Shown: positions 1 to 10,201, numbered from the stretch's first letter. The stretch: 64,000 nt of DNA from an uncultured Candidatus Saccharibacteria bacterium (GCA_964449235.1 CAYVAX010000001.1:20814-84813); one strand, 5' to 3'. A program made the numbers and translations. The notes: a model not told the origin generated them from the sequence alone.

Positions 1-1502
1 TAGAATATCTCCCTAAGTATGTTCAAAAATCCAAACAAGAAATAGAGGAAATAATTAATCGCCATGCTAATCTTTCTGTACCGATTGCAATTGATGAACA
101 TATCTCCAAGCAAACAGCATTGATTTTAGAAAGCAAATTTTCAGAAAATCCCGCAATATTGGTAGAAGCAGTAGGGCAAAGAGAGTATATAGACGGAAAA
201 TACTTCTCTCATATCACCGGTTACTTGGGAAAAATTAGTAAACCAGAATACAAACAATCTTCAGGATATTTTCTAGACGACTGGATCGGGAAAACAGGCC
301 TGGAATATGAATACGAAGATGCGCTTCGAGGCGTTCCTGGAGAAAAATTAGTAGAAGTTGATTCCCAGGGTGAAATTAAAAATATTTTTACTAAAACCGA
401 ATCCTCTTCCGGGCAAGCAATTCATCTTTCCATTGACAGTGATCTGCAAAAAAAATTATATCAGGAATTAAATTCAATGCTAAGGCGTTTAAATACTGAT
501 CGAGCTGCAGGAATTGTTTTAAACCCCAATAACGGTGAAATTTTAGCATTGGTTAGCTTTCCCAGTTTTGATAATAATCAATTTATTCAAGGGCTTTCCA
601 GTAAAGAATTTCAGCAAATAAGTCACGATCCAGACAAACCCCTATTTAATCGTGTAATTAAAGGAACTTATGCTCCCGGATCTACAGTCAAGCCGATTGT
701 TGCTGTGGGAGCAGTAACTGAAAAAATTATTGATCCTGCTAAAATTATTAACTGCCAGGGCTTGATACGGGTAGAGAATAAATATTACCCAGAGCTATTT
801 AGAATATATCACGACTGGAAAGTACATGGGCCAACAAATTTAGTAAAAGCAATTGCAGAGTCCTGTAATGTATATTTTTACACTATTGGTGGTGGATACG
901 GAGATATTCAAGGGCTGGGAATTGAAGGGTTAAATAAATATTTAACAAAATTCGGATTAGGGCAGCTTTCCGGAATTGATCTTCCTGGAGAAGCAAAAGG
1001 ATTAATTCCTAATGCTCAATGGAAACAGGAATATAAGGGAGAGAAATGGTATTTGGGGGATACGTATAATGTTTCTATTGGCCAGGGAGATGTAATGGTT
1101 ACTCCATTACAAATAGCTTTGGCTACTTCTGCAATTGCTAATCAAGGAATTTTATTTAAGCCTCAAGTTGTACATAAAATTGACAACCAAACTATTTCTC
1201 CAGAAGTAGCAAAACAAGACTTAGTTGAAGAACAAATCGTAAGTATTGTTGCCCAGGGAATGCGAGAAGCAGTAATTTCTGGTTCTGCCCAGCTTCTTTA
1301 TAGCTTGCCAGTAAAAGTTGCTGGAAAAACTGGAACTGCTCAAGCTCCTAACAATCCTGTTCCTCACGGCTGGTTTACGGGATTTGCTCCTTACGAAAAT
1401 CCAGAAATTGTTATTACAATCCTGATTGAAAATGGGGGAGAGGGAAGCGCAGTAGCAGTGCCGGTTGCAAAACAAGTTCTCCAATGGTATTTTTCTAAAT
1501 AG
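1..1502 (+). CDS. mrdA: Penicillin-binding protein 2 (5'-truncated by window edge)
   Basis: Frame is open from position 3; transpeptidase motifs STVK (SxxK), SCN (SxN), KTGTAQ; G-LE--YE dimerisation-domain motif. Confidence 0.9.
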   Translation, partial: EYLPKYVQKSKQEIEEIINRHANLSVPIAIDEHISKQTALILESKFSENPAILVEAVGQREYIDGKYFSHITGYLGKISKPEYKQSSGYFLDDWIGKTGLEYEYEDALRGVPGEKLVEVDSQGEIKNIFTKTESSSGQAIHLSIDSDLQKKLYQELNSMLRRLNTDRAAGIVLNPNNGEILALVSFPSFDNNQFIQGLSSKEFQQISHDPDKPLFNRVIKGTYAPGSTVKPIVAVGAVTEKIIDPAKIINCQGLIRVENKYYPELFRIYHDWKVHGPTNLVKAIAESCNVYFYTIGGGYGDIQGLGIEGLNKYLTKFGLGQLSGIDLPGEAKGLIPNAQWKQEYKGEKWYLGDTYNVSIGQGDVMVTPLQIALATSAIANQGILFKPQVVHKIDNQTISPEVAKQDLVEEQIVSIVAQGMREAVISGSAQLLYSLPVKVAGKTGTAQAPNNPVPHGWFTGFAPYENPEIVITILIENGGEGSAVAVPVAKQVLQWYFSK

Positions 1503-1516
1503 TAATTTTTAATATT

Positions 1517-2296
1517 ATGGCTAAGATTTTAAATGGAAAAAAAATATCTCAGCAAATACTAGCTGAGCTTAAAAAAGAGGTTCCAAAATTAGAGCCTCTA
1601 AAGCTGGCAGTGGTTTTGGTGGGAAACAACTCTAAATCTTTAAAATACATCCATCAAAAGCAAAAAGCAGCTCAAAAAATTGGAGTCGGTTTTGAGGTAT
1701 ATAAATTTAATACAAATATTAGCAACCGGGATTTAATCACAGAGATTAATAAAGTTGTGAATGACAACCAAAATACAGGAATTATTGTCCAGCTTCCCTT
1801 GCCTGAGCATGTTCATACTCAGAAAATTCTAAATTTAATTCCTAATCATAAAGACGTTGATGGTTTATCTGTGGATAACCCTTTTCTTGAATCTCCAGCA
1901 GCTTCTGGTATAATAGAGTTGCTTAGGAGATATAATATTGAATTGGAATCCAAAAAGATAGTGATTGTTGGTAAGGGAAGGTTGGTGGGAAAACCATTGA
2001 TTAAGCTAATAAAACAAGCAGGTTTGGATTTTATTGCTTGCGACATCAATACTAAAAATATTTCCAAATATACTCTCAACGCTGACATTTTAATTTCTGC
2101 AACCGGACATCCGAAGTTAATAACTCCAGAGATGGTTAAGCCGGGAGTAATCGTTATTGACGCTGGAGTTGGAGACATTGACTTTGAAAATCTTAAATCT
2201 AAAGCCAGCTACATCACGCCCCCTATTGGCGGAGTGGGGCCGATGACAGTAGCAATGTTAATGAGTAATTTAATAAAATTAGCTAAACTTAGCTAA
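1517..2296 (+). CDS. folD: Methylenetetrahydrofolate dehydrogenase/cyclohydrolase
   Basis: IVQLPLP, KDVDG, LVGKP, ITPPIGGVGPMTVAML motifs. Confidence 0.95.
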   Translation: MAKILNGKKISQQILAELKKEVPKLEPLKLAVVLVGNNSKSLKYIHQKQKAAQKIGVGFEVYKFNTNISNRDLITEINKVVNDNQNTGIIVQLPLPEHVHTQKILNLIPNHKDVDGLSVDNPFLESPAASGIIELLRRYNIELESKKIVIVGKGRLVGKPLIKLIKQAGLDFIACDINTKNISKYTLNADILISATGHPKLITPEMVKPGVIVIDAGVGDIDFENLKSKASYITPPIGGVGPMTVAMLMSNLIKLAKLS

Positions 2297-2307
2297 TTTC
2301 CATTTAT

Positions 2308-2763
2308 ATGCAATATATTTCTGCACAAAAACTTAAAGAGTTAAAACAAGAACTAGAAAATCGTAAAACAGAAGTGCGTCAACAAATTTCTGAACGTATT
2401 CAGGAAGCGCAAACCCAGGGAGATATTTCTGAAAATCCTGAATATTCTGAAGCTAAAGATGCCCAGGCATTTAACGAGGGGCGGATTTTAGAATTGGAAA
2501 ACTTGATAAATAATGCAGTTGTAGTTTCTAAAAAAAGAAAAGGAGATTTTGTTCAGGTTGGTTCCCAGGTAGTTATTAAAGACAAAAATAACAAAAAGTT
2601 TGAGTTTTTGATTGTAGGCCCAGAAGATGCTGACCCTTCAGAGGGAAAAATTTCTAATGAATCTCCTTTAGGGCGAGCTCTATTAACCCACAAAAAAGGG
2701 GATGAGGTAGAGGCTCAAACTCCAAAAGGAAAAGTGAAGTATGAAATAATTAAGATAAAATAA
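2308..2763 (+). CDS. greA: Transcription elongation factor GreA
   Basis: GDISENPEY and ISNESPLGRALL motifs. Confidence 0.95.
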   Translation: MQYISAQKLKELKQELENRKTEVRQQISERIQEAQTQGDISENPEYSEAKDAQAFNEGRILELENLINNAVVVSKKRKGDFVQVGSQVVIKDKNNKKFEFLIVGPEDADPSEGKISNESPLGRALLTHKKGDEVEAQTPKGKVKYEIIKIK

Positions 2764-2767
2764 AGGA

Positions 2768-4150
2768 ATGGAAAGGATTTTAATTAAAAACACAATTAAA
2801 CATACTGATAAGAAAATTAAAGTTTCCGGATGGGTTAATTCTCGTCGCGATCACGGGAAAATAATTTTCATTGATCTCCGCGACCGCTCAGGACTACTTC
2901 AGGTTGTATTTACTCCTAAAAACAAGGAAGTATACAAGGTAGCTAATAATTTACGCCCGGAATGGGTAATTGAGGTAGAAGGAATGATTAATAACCGTCC
3001 CAAAGGAATGATTAATCCTGATCTTGGTACTGGAAAAGTAGAATTACTGGCAGAAAAATTAAATATTTTAACTAAATCCAAAACTCCTCCTTTTGAATTA
3101 AATAAAGACGCCTACAAAATTAAAGAAGAAAAGAGATTAAAATACCGCTATTTAGACCTACGCACCCAAAGAATGAAACAAAACATTATTTTCCGCCATA
3201 AATTTATTAAACTAATCCGGGATTATTTAGATAAACAAGGATTTCTCGAAATCGAAACTCCAATTTTAACTAAATCTACTCCCGAGGGAGCGCGGGATTT
3301 CTTAGTTCCTTCTCGGATACATCCTGGGGAATTTTATGCTCTTCCACAAGCTCCCCAGCAATTAAAACAATTGCTAATGGTTGCTGGTTTTGAGAAATAT
3401 TTTCAAATTGCCCGCTGCTTTCGGGACGAAGATTTAAGAGGGGATCGCCAGCCGGAATTTACACAACTAGACTTTGAAATTTCTTTTCCAACGCAAAAAC
3501 AGATTCTGAGAATTATTGAAGAATTAATGATTCAAACTGCTAATCTCGCTGGTAAAAAATTAACCTTTAAACCCTTTAAGATTTTGAGTTATGAGCAGGC
3601 AATAAAAGAATACAAAACCGACAAGCCGGATTTACGAAAAAACAAAAAAAATGATCAAGAATTAGCATTTGCCTGGATTATAAATTGGCCCTTATTTGAA
3701 TTCAATAAAGAAGAAAATCGCTGGGATCCTATGCATCATATTTTTACTGCTCCTAAAAAAGAAGATGTAAAGTTTTTAGATAAACATCCTGAAAAAGTAC
3801 ATTCCTGGCAGCATGATTTAGTGCTTAATGGTCAGGAAATTGGAGGTGGAAGTATTAGAATTCATGATCCAGAAATCCAAAGAAAAATCTTTAAGTTAGT
3901 GGGATTAAAAGAAAAAGAAGCAGAACAAAAATTCGGACATATGCTTAAAGCTTTTGAATATGGAGTTCCTCCGCATGGCGGTATTGCTCTGGGAATTGAT
4001 CGCATTATCGCTATTTTAAGAAACGAAGCCAGCATTAGAGAGGTAATTGCTTTTCCTAAAACTGGAGATGGAAAAGATTTAACCATGAATGCCCCCAGTA
4101 AAGTAAACCCAAAACAGCTTCGCGAACTGGGCATTAAATTTCAGAAATAG
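2768..4150 (+). CDS. aspS: Aspartate-tRNA ligase (compact, lacks GAD insertion)
   Basis: OB fold RRDHG..FIDLRD, STPEGARDFLVP, CFRDEDLRGDRQPEFTQLD, PPHGGIALGIDR. Confidence 0.95.
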   Translation: MERILIKNTIKHTDKKIKVSGWVNSRRDHGKIIFIDLRDRSGLLQVVFTPKNKEVYKVANNLRPEWVIEVEGMINNRPKGMINPDLGTGKVELLAEKLNILTKSKTPPFELNKDAYKIKEEKRLKYRYLDLRTQRMKQNIIFRHKFIKLIRDYLDKQGFLEIETPILTKSTPEGARDFLVPSRIHPGEFYALPQAPQQLKQLLMVAGFEKYFQIARCFRDEDLRGDRQPEFTQLDFEISFPTQKQILRIIEELMIQTANLAGKKLTFKPFKILSYEQAIKEYKTDKPDLRKNKKNDQELAFAWIINWPLFEFNKEENRWDPMHHIFTAPKKEDVKFLDKHPEKVHSWQHDLVLNGQEIGGGSIRIHDPEIQRKIFKLVGLKEKEAEQKFGHMLKAFEYGVPPHGGIALGIDRIIAILRNEASIREVIAFPKTGDGKDLTMNAPSKVNPKQLRELGIKFQK

Positions 4151-4170
4151 CTTAAATAAACTAAGTCAAT

Positions 4171-4219
4171 TATTTAAAATTCTGTCAATGTTGACAGAAT
4201 TTTAAATATGTAATAGCTT
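4171..4219 (+). promoter_or_regulatory. 18-bp-arm perfect palindrome overlapping a TTGACA -35 box; candidate promoter/operator
   Basis: TATTTAAAATTCTGTCAA-tg-TTGACAGAATTTTAAATA; TAGCTT 17 nt after the -35. Confidence 0.55.
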
Positions 4220-4278
4220 TAAATGAAGGGTTCTTTAATAAAAGAATACCGACATTTAAGAAAAGGAGGAAACTAATA

Positions 4279-6624
4279 ATGAATAAAGCAAGAAAAAGTT
4301 GGAAAAAGTGGACTAACGCTGAAAAAAGAGAATTAAAAAGAATTTGTAAACAAGTAAGGTCATGGAAAGAATTAAGGTCAGAATTAGAAAAATCAAGAAT
4401 TCTTAAAGATAGAAACTATCGAAATGAGCTTCGTCGAAAGGCAATGCATCTTAATCTGACAAGGCACTTTACTGACCGCAGAGCTAAAGTTTCCAAAGAA
4501 AAAGAAGTTAGGAATAAACAGTTTCTATTCTCAAAATCAGAGAAGATTGCTCCTGCAGAAACATTCAAAATTGAAACAGGGGTTTGGGATAGAAAGAGCA
4601 CAAACATTGGTTTAATTTCACGAATTGACTTCGGTTCAAAAGGTTTTAGAGCGGGATTAATTAAGCTGGCACTCGAGAAAACTGCTCAGCATGGACTTCG
4701 TTTTAATATTCTCGTTGGAGGACTGGTAAATAAAAAAGTGCTTAAAAAGAAACTCCGAGATAGAATTAAAGAACTGAATGATCGTTTGCGAGGCTTGAGG
4801 CTTTCAGTAGAGGAAAAAAGAGAAGAAAGAGCACAAGAGAAAGATGATTTTTATTTCGAATGCGCAAGAGAGTTGGCAAGGTTAATTCCTCAGGTTAAAA
4901 AACCAAACGGTAAACCCGTAAAGCTGTATATGTTCACAAGCTCACCTTTTGATGGAAAAATTGGCGATGAAATTGCAAGAAGATTAGCAGCTTTAAGAAA
5001 AGACAATGATATTGTTTATTGGGGATTTAATCCTGAATATCCATTGCTGGTTAAACATGTAAATAAAACTTTATTTCCTGTAGTTTCTCAGCGACAATCA
5101 TGGATGAGATCAGACTACTATAGTACTCCTGTGCAGAGAGAATTAAAGGATCTTTTAAAGCGGTCTTCTATGGAGCTGTCGGATATATACACTGTGGGTT
5201 GTTTTGCTTCTAGCGTGTTCAAGCCGGAAGGAGATTCAAGAGTTCCCTACATGTCCTTGCCTGCAATACATAAACTAGACGAAACTCGAACATCGGAAAA
5301 TCAAATTGGAATACGTATTGTCAAGTTTCGAAAAAACAGAGAGCTTACTGTTAAAACTATTTCTTTTAAGGATTTGATTCGAGAAGAACGAAAATTGATT
5401 ACAATTCCTTCAAGTTGTTCTGAATTCCAATCTGCAATTATCAAACAGCTTAAGATAGCTCCTATGAGCAGCGGCGTGCTTGAATATCACCTAAAAGAAA
5501 ATCCCCGTTGGAGAAATATCACTCGTAAAGATGTAATCAAGGCCATTGAAGACCTGAAAAGGTTTAGAGCAGGTATTAACTTTGATAATGTCTCTAATCT
5601 TTTTGACTTCAGCTCTGAATGGTTTCAGAAAAAAGCACCTTATGAAATGCCTGAAGAGGATAAGCTTGCAGAAGATACATTTGTAGCTTGCTCTTGTCTG
5701 CATACAGGTGCTCCTCAAACTAATTACCGATTCATTGTTGAAGCTATCCCTAATTATATTATCCAAACTGGAGCTAAATATCTTGTATTGTCAGGAGATA
5801 TTATTCAAGGAACTTATCACCGCATGCTTGAAAAAGGGCAGATATATCGAGGTCTCAACTATACTTATCAGGAAAAACTTGCTGCAGGCTTAATGGGAAT
5901 CGTTATAACAAAAGTTTTTGAAACTCGTTTTAGTAAAGCTATTCGAAATAAAAAAGAATTAAATCAGGATGAATTGAAAAAATTAATCTCCGATTCTCTG
6001 GTCACATTTATCTACTTAGAAGGAAATCATGATGCCTGGGAACGATCCGGAAGTTTTGTTCCCTTGGTCGTTTTTGAACAAGACTTAATTAACTTTATAG
6101 TCAGAGAAATAAAGAAAACGCTCAAAAAATTTGATGTTCGTATTAACGGTGTACACGGCATTGTGGTGAATAAAATAATTCAAGATGATCCAATTGAACA
6201 AATATTCTATAGAACACCTTCGGGATTGGCTGTAAAAGTGGGACATCCTTATACCGGACGAAGTATTACTGCCAGCATTTCTGGAGAAAAATTCATGAAA
6301 ATGCATCTGGAATCTCATCTTAATTTTGTTGGTAATTGGCACGTAGGACTAAGTATGGAACACTTTGACCAAGAAATTGGGCAAAGAGTTTATGTCCAGC
6401 TACCTACAATCCAGAGATATACCTTGTTTGAAACTAACAAAATGAAAAAGACAGATTTCGGTGTTGGCATTTGTAGGGTTAAGTCTCTTAATGGACGAGT
6501 TGTAACTAGCGAAACTGGTTTTTACGGCGATCGCTTTTACGGAGACGCACAGAAAAATCTTAAGAAAATAGATAATGAAATTATCGACGAAATTCTAGTT
6601 AAACTTGGCGTACCTCTTTCTTAG
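4279..6624 (+). CDS. Hypothetical protein: Myb-like N-terminus, degenerate plus intact calcineurin-like metallophosphoesterase domains
   Basis: C-terminal motifs CLH, SGDII, EGNHD, GHP, GNWH; strong SD AAGGAGG. Confidence 0.6.
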   Translation: MNKARKSWKKWTNAEKRELKRICKQVRSWKELRSELEKSRILKDRNYRNELRRKAMHLNLTRHFTDRRAKVSKEKEVRNKQFLFSKSEKIAPAETFKIETGVWDRKSTNIGLISRIDFGSKGFRAGLIKLALEKTAQHGLRFNILVGGLVNKKVLKKKLRDRIKELNDRLRGLRLSVEEKREERAQEKDDFYFECARELARLIPQVKKPNGKPVKLYMFTSSPFDGKIGDEIARRLAALRKDNDIVYWGFNPEYPLLVKHVNKTLFPVVSQRQSWMRSDYYSTPVQRELKDLLKRSSMELSDIYTVGCFASSVFKPEGDSRVPYMSLPAIHKLDETRTSENQIGIRIVKFRKNRELTVKTISFKDLIREERKLITIPSSCSEFQSAIIKQLKIAPMSSGVLEYHLKENPRWRNITRKDVIKAIEDLKRFRAGINFDNVSNLFDFSSEWFQKKAPYEMPEEDKLAEDTFVACSCLHTGAPQTNYRFIVEAIPNYIIQTGAKYLVLSGDIIQGTYHRMLEKGQIYRGLNYTYQEKLAAGLMGIVITKVFETRFSKAIRNKKELNQDELKKLISDSLVTFIYLEGNHDAWERSGSFVPLVVFEQDLINFIVREIKKTLKKFDVRINGVHGIVVNKIIQDDPIEQIFYRTPSGLAVKVGHPYTGRSITASISGEKFMKMHLESHLNFVGNWHVGLSMEHFDQEIGQRVYVQLPTIQRYTLFETNKMKKTDFGVGICRVKSLNGRVVTSETGFYGDRFYGDAQKNLKKIDNEIIDEILVKLGVPLS

Positions 6625-6636
6625 CTAATAAAAATC

Positions 6637-6676
6637 AAAGGGCAGCCTTAAATAAGGTTTGCCCTTTTCTTTTTTC
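6637..6676 (+). terminator. Rho-independent terminator
   Basis: AAAGGGCAGCCTTA-aa-TAAGGTTTGCCCTTT followed by T run. Confidence 0.8.
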
Positions 6677-6763
6677 TTGATTTATGGTAAGATGAATTGA
6701 TAGGTTCTTTAAAAACTTTGCCTTTCAGTCATATATACAAATTTCAGCGAAAGGAGATAAGTT

Positions 6764-7219
6764 TTGGGCAAACAAGAAGAAAAAAAGCATGGTAGCATTC
6801 ATCACCTTATTGCTCGAAGCAGGGGAGGCCCTAAAAAAGCTTCCTGGAATAAAAGAAAAAAAATAGTTGAAAAACATCAGGCATTTCATACTTTAGCGCG
6901 CGCTTTATCTGAAAAAGCGGTAAATAAAAATTTACTTCCTTGTGAATTTATACATAAAATTATTGAACACTGGCAAACAAAATCAGGAAGCTTAAAAAAG
7001 AGCGCTTTAACAGACAAGCAAGAAAGGTCCTGGAAAGTATTGTTTAAAAATGCTTCTCCTGCAAAGGCAGCTAAGATTATAAGAAAATACTGGACAGTTA
7101 AGGATCAGCTGCATTTTAAAGGTTGCTTTAGCTATAAACAATGCTTTAAAAATAATAATTTTGAAAATCCCAATAAGAAATGCCCATTGGTAAAAATGTA
7201 CGAAAAAGGAGAAATATAA
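6764..7219 (+). CDS. Small basic HNH-like protein
   Basis: SIHHLIARSRGG...WN...HQAFH resembles the HNH beta-beta-alpha-metal motif; SD AAGGAG and TTG start. Confidence 0.55.
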   Translation: MGKQEEKKHGSIHHLIARSRGGPKKASWNKRKKIVEKHQAFHTLARALSEKAVNKNLLPCEFIHKIIEHWQTKSGSLKKSALTDKQERSWKVLFKNASPAKAAKIIRKYWTVKDQLHFKGCFSYKQCFKNNNFENPNKKCPLVKMYEKGEI

Positions 7220-8511
7220 TGAATGAATACAAAATTAAGATTAATACCAAAAAAGAAAGTCCGATTATTGAAAATTTAAAGCAAAAAATACAACAAGAAG
7301 TAATTGGACAAGATCGCGCAATAAGACGATCCCTGCGAGCAGTTGCATCTTACTATAGCGGGCTAAAGGATCCTCGGCGGCCGATTGGAGGATTTATTTA
7401 TGCCGGTCCCACAGGAGTAGGAAAAACATTCGCCGCAAAAGTAAGTGCCAGACATTTTTTAGGAGGTAAACATAAATATCGCGACTATCTGGTTAGAATT
7501 GACGGCTCCACCCTCAGTGAAAGACATGAAGTTGCTAAGCTTAAAGGTGCTCCTCCAGGATATATTGGCTATGCTGAAACAAGCATTTTATCTCAAAAGA
7601 ATATTGATGCTTATCACTTTGACGTTTTAAATGAAGATAACGGTTACTGGGCAACTAAGCTGAAAAACTTTGACCAAGAAAAGCAAGCGGCCTTTCATGC
7701 TGGATCAAGAGAACAAGCTAGAAAAATTCAAGCATATCGTCTTTTAGAAGATGCATATGAAGCAAACAAGCCATATAAATCTGTGATTCTTTTTGATGAA
7801 ATTGAAAAAGCTCATCCTGCTATCTGGAATGTGTTGTTGCAAATTATGGAAGAGGGAAAAATTCAAATGGGAAAGGGCGTCGAAGAAACAGATTTCAGTA
7901 ATTCTCTGATAATCCTGACTACAAACATTGGACAAAGAAGCATCCAGGGATTAATCAGTAAAAATGCTCGTGTAGGATTTGATACTAGTCAGAATATTAC
8001 AGAAAGCAAATTAGACAAAAATATTTACGAATCCACTAAAAAACAGATTGAAAAAGAATTTCCTCCAGAATTATTCAAAAGACTGAATCTGGTAGTTTTC
8101 AGACCCTTATCAGAAGACAATTTTAAAAAAATTCTCGATAACTTTCTTGCCGACGAAGAAGAACTGCTTAATCAGCGAATAAAATATTTTTCCGCTCGTT
8201 CAATTGATATTGAGTATTCAAAATCAGCAAAGAAATTTTTATTAAAAAAGGGAATCGATGTTCATTACGGCGTAAGAACGCTAAGATCGGTTGTGGAAAA
8301 ATATGTTCGCGCTTCGCTTGCAAACGGATTAGCAAACAGAGAAATCCGTCCTGGTGATAGTATCTGGGTGGATGTTAAAAACAGTAAGTTGGTTTTTTTG
8401 AGAAAATACCGCAAACGCGGACCAAATGCTATTAAACGCAATCCCCAGCAATTTCAATCAAATTCAAATCAAGCTGGATTCCGCTTACTAAACGAAAAAT
8501 CCGAGCATTAA
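7219..8511 (+). CDS. Single-ring Clp/Hsp100-type AAA+ ATPase (D2-like domain only)
   Basis: VIGQDRAI, GPTGVGKT, GAPPGYIGY, LFDEIEKAHP, TTNIG; start taken at the TAATG overlap with SD. Confidence 0.85.
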   Translation: MNEYKIKINTKKESPIIENLKQKIQQEVIGQDRAIRRSLRAVASYYSGLKDPRRPIGGFIYAGPTGVGKTFAAKVSARHFLGGKHKYRDYLVRIDGSTLSERHEVAKLKGAPPGYIGYAETSILSQKNIDAYHFDVLNEDNGYWATKLKNFDQEKQAAFHAGSREQARKIQAYRLLEDAYEANKPYKSVILFDEIEKAHPAIWNVLLQIMEEGKIQMGKGVEETDFSNSLIILTTNIGQRSIQGLISKNARVGFDTSQNITESKLDKNIYESTKKQIEKEFPPELFKRLNLVVFRPLSEDNFKKILDNFLADEEELLNQRIKYFSARSIDIEYSKSAKKFLLKKGIDVHYGVRTLRSVVEKYVRASLANGLANREIRPGDSIWVDVKNSKLVFLRKYRKRGPNAIKRNPQQFQSNSNQAGFRLLNEKSEH

Positions 8512-8520
8512 ATAAATACT

Positions 8521-8558
8521 AAGGAGAAAAGAATTTCTTTTCTCCTTTTTCTTTTTTT
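8521..8558 (+). terminator. Rho-independent terminator
   Basis: AAGGAGAAAAGA-att-TCTTTTCTCCTT followed by T run. Confidence 0.75.
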
Positions 8559-8580
8559 CTAAATGCGATATAATTAACAT

Positions 8581-9204
8581 ATGAAGAACTTAATTTCACA
8601 ACTAATTAAGCAAAAATATCTTAAAACTCCAGATATAATTGAGGCCTTTGAACGTGTTGACCGTAAAGACTTTGTGCCTGAAGATCTTAAATCTGAAGCA
8701 AATGTAAATGCCCCTCTTCCTATTGGATTCGGGCAAACTATTTCTCAGCCATTAACTGTGGCATTTATGCTGGAATTATTGCAACCTAAGCCAGGAGATA
8801 AGATTTTAGATATTGGTTCTGGCTCAGGGTGGCAAACCGCTCTATTAGCCTATATCGCAAGCAAAAAACAAGGTGGGAAAGTATATGGCATTGAAAGAAT
8901 TCCGCAATTAGTAGAATTTAGTAAAAGAAATATAGAAAAGTACCAATTTATACAAAAAGGAATTGTAGAAATTCTAAATAAAGATGGAAGCAGGGGATTG
9001 AAGCAAGAAGCTCTGTTTGATAAAATTCTTGCTGCTGCTTCTGCTGAAGAAATTCCTGGTGCCTGGAAACAACAATTAAAAATTAAAGGAAGGTTAGTAA
9101 CTCCGGTTAAATCCAGTATTTGGCTATTAATCAAAAATGGAGAAGCTGAGTTTGAAAAAAAAGAATTTCCCGGATTTGCATTTGTCCCCTTAATTGAAGG
9201 ATAA
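8581..9204 (+). CDS. pcm: Protein-L-isoaspartate O-methyltransferase
   Basis: PIGFGQTISQP, LDIGSGSGW, FVPL motifs. Confidence 0.93.
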   Translation: MKNLISQLIKQKYLKTPDIIEAFERVDRKDFVPEDLKSEANVNAPLPIGFGQTISQPLTVAFMLELLQPKPGDKILDIGSGSGWQTALLAYIASKKQGGKVYGIERIPQLVEFSKRNIEKYQFIQKGIVEILNKDGSRGLKQEALFDKILAAASAEEIPGAWKQQLKIKGRLVTPVKSSIWLLIKNGEAEFEKKEFPGFAFVPLIEG

Positions 9205-9208
9205 AAAT

Positions 9209-10168
9209 ATGAGCAAGAGAATAAGAACAATACTAATAATTGCTGATATTGGGTTAATTATTGTTTTTATTTGCCTGCTCTTTTTTTATTACCAACTCCA
9301 AGCTCCTTTAGATAAATCCGGAGAAGAAAAACCAATTATTATTGAAAGCGGAGAGGGATTAGAACAAATTGCTCATAAGCTAAAAACAAAACAAGTCATT
9401 AGAAGTGAATGGATATTTGTATACTATGCCTGGTTAAAAAATAAAGAAGATAAGCTGCAAGCAGGAAAATATATTTTAAGTTCTTCTATGAATATTCCTG
9501 AAATTGTCCGCAAAATAACTAGCGGGGAAATAGTTCAGGAGTGGGTTAAAGTAACTATTCCCGAGGGTTGGACCAATGAACAAATTAAACAACGCTTGGT
9601 GAGTCTGGAATTAATTTCTGCAAATACGGATATTCCTTTAAGCCTTCAGGGGTATCTTTTTCCAGACACTTATTATTTTGATAAAGATGTTTCTGCTGAT
9701 GAAATAATCTCGCGAATGAAAAACAACTTTAATAAAAAAATTGACCAACAATTAATTGAAGAAATAGAAAAGCAAGACAAAATACTTGAAGGTATTTTGA
9801 TTATGGCTTCACTTTTAGAAAGAGAGGTGAGAAGTTACGAGGATATGAAAATTGTTTCTGGTATTTTTTGGAAAAGACTAGAAAATAATTATCCCTTACA
9901 GTCTTGCGCTACCATTGCTTATATCCTAAAACAAGACAAGTGGAGATACAGCTATGAAGACACCCGCATTCAATCTCCGTATAATACGTATACAAACACA
10001 GGCCTGCCTCCAACTCCGATTAATAATCCCGGACTATTAGCAATTAAAGCTGCTGTTTATCCTCAACAAAGCGCATATAATTTCTTTCTTACTGATCCTG
10101 AAACTGGGCAAACCATTTTTTCTGAAACCTTAGAAGAGCATAATGCAAACAAGCAAAAATATTTCTAA
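9209..10168 (+). CDS. mltG: Endolytic transglycosylase MltG
   Basis: N-terminal TM, TIPEG, GYLFPDTY, ASLLERE, SPYNTY..GLPPTPI.NPG. Confidence 0.93.
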   Translation: MSKRIRTILIIADIGLIIVFICLLFFYYQLQAPLDKSGEEKPIIIESGEGLEQIAHKLKTKQVIRSEWIFVYYAWLKNKEDKLQAGKYILSSSMNIPEIVRKITSGEIVQEWVKVTIPEGWTNEQIKQRLVSLELISANTDIPLSLQGYLFPDTYYFDKDVSADEIISRMKNNFNKKIDQQLIEEIEKQDKILEGILIMASLLEREVRSYEDMKIVSGIFWKRLENNYPLQSCATIAYILKQDKWRYSYEDTRIQSPYNTYTNTGLPPTPINNPGLLAIKAAVYPQQSAYNFFLTDPETGQTIFSETLEEHNANKQKYF

Positions 10169-10172
10169 TTGT

Positions 10173-10201
10173 AATCTAAGGATTTGTGAAATCCTTAGAT
10201 T
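10173..10201 (+). terminator. 13-bp hairpin after mltG
   Basis: AATCTAAGGATTT-gtg-AAATCCTTAGATT; no strong U tail. Confidence 0.55.
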
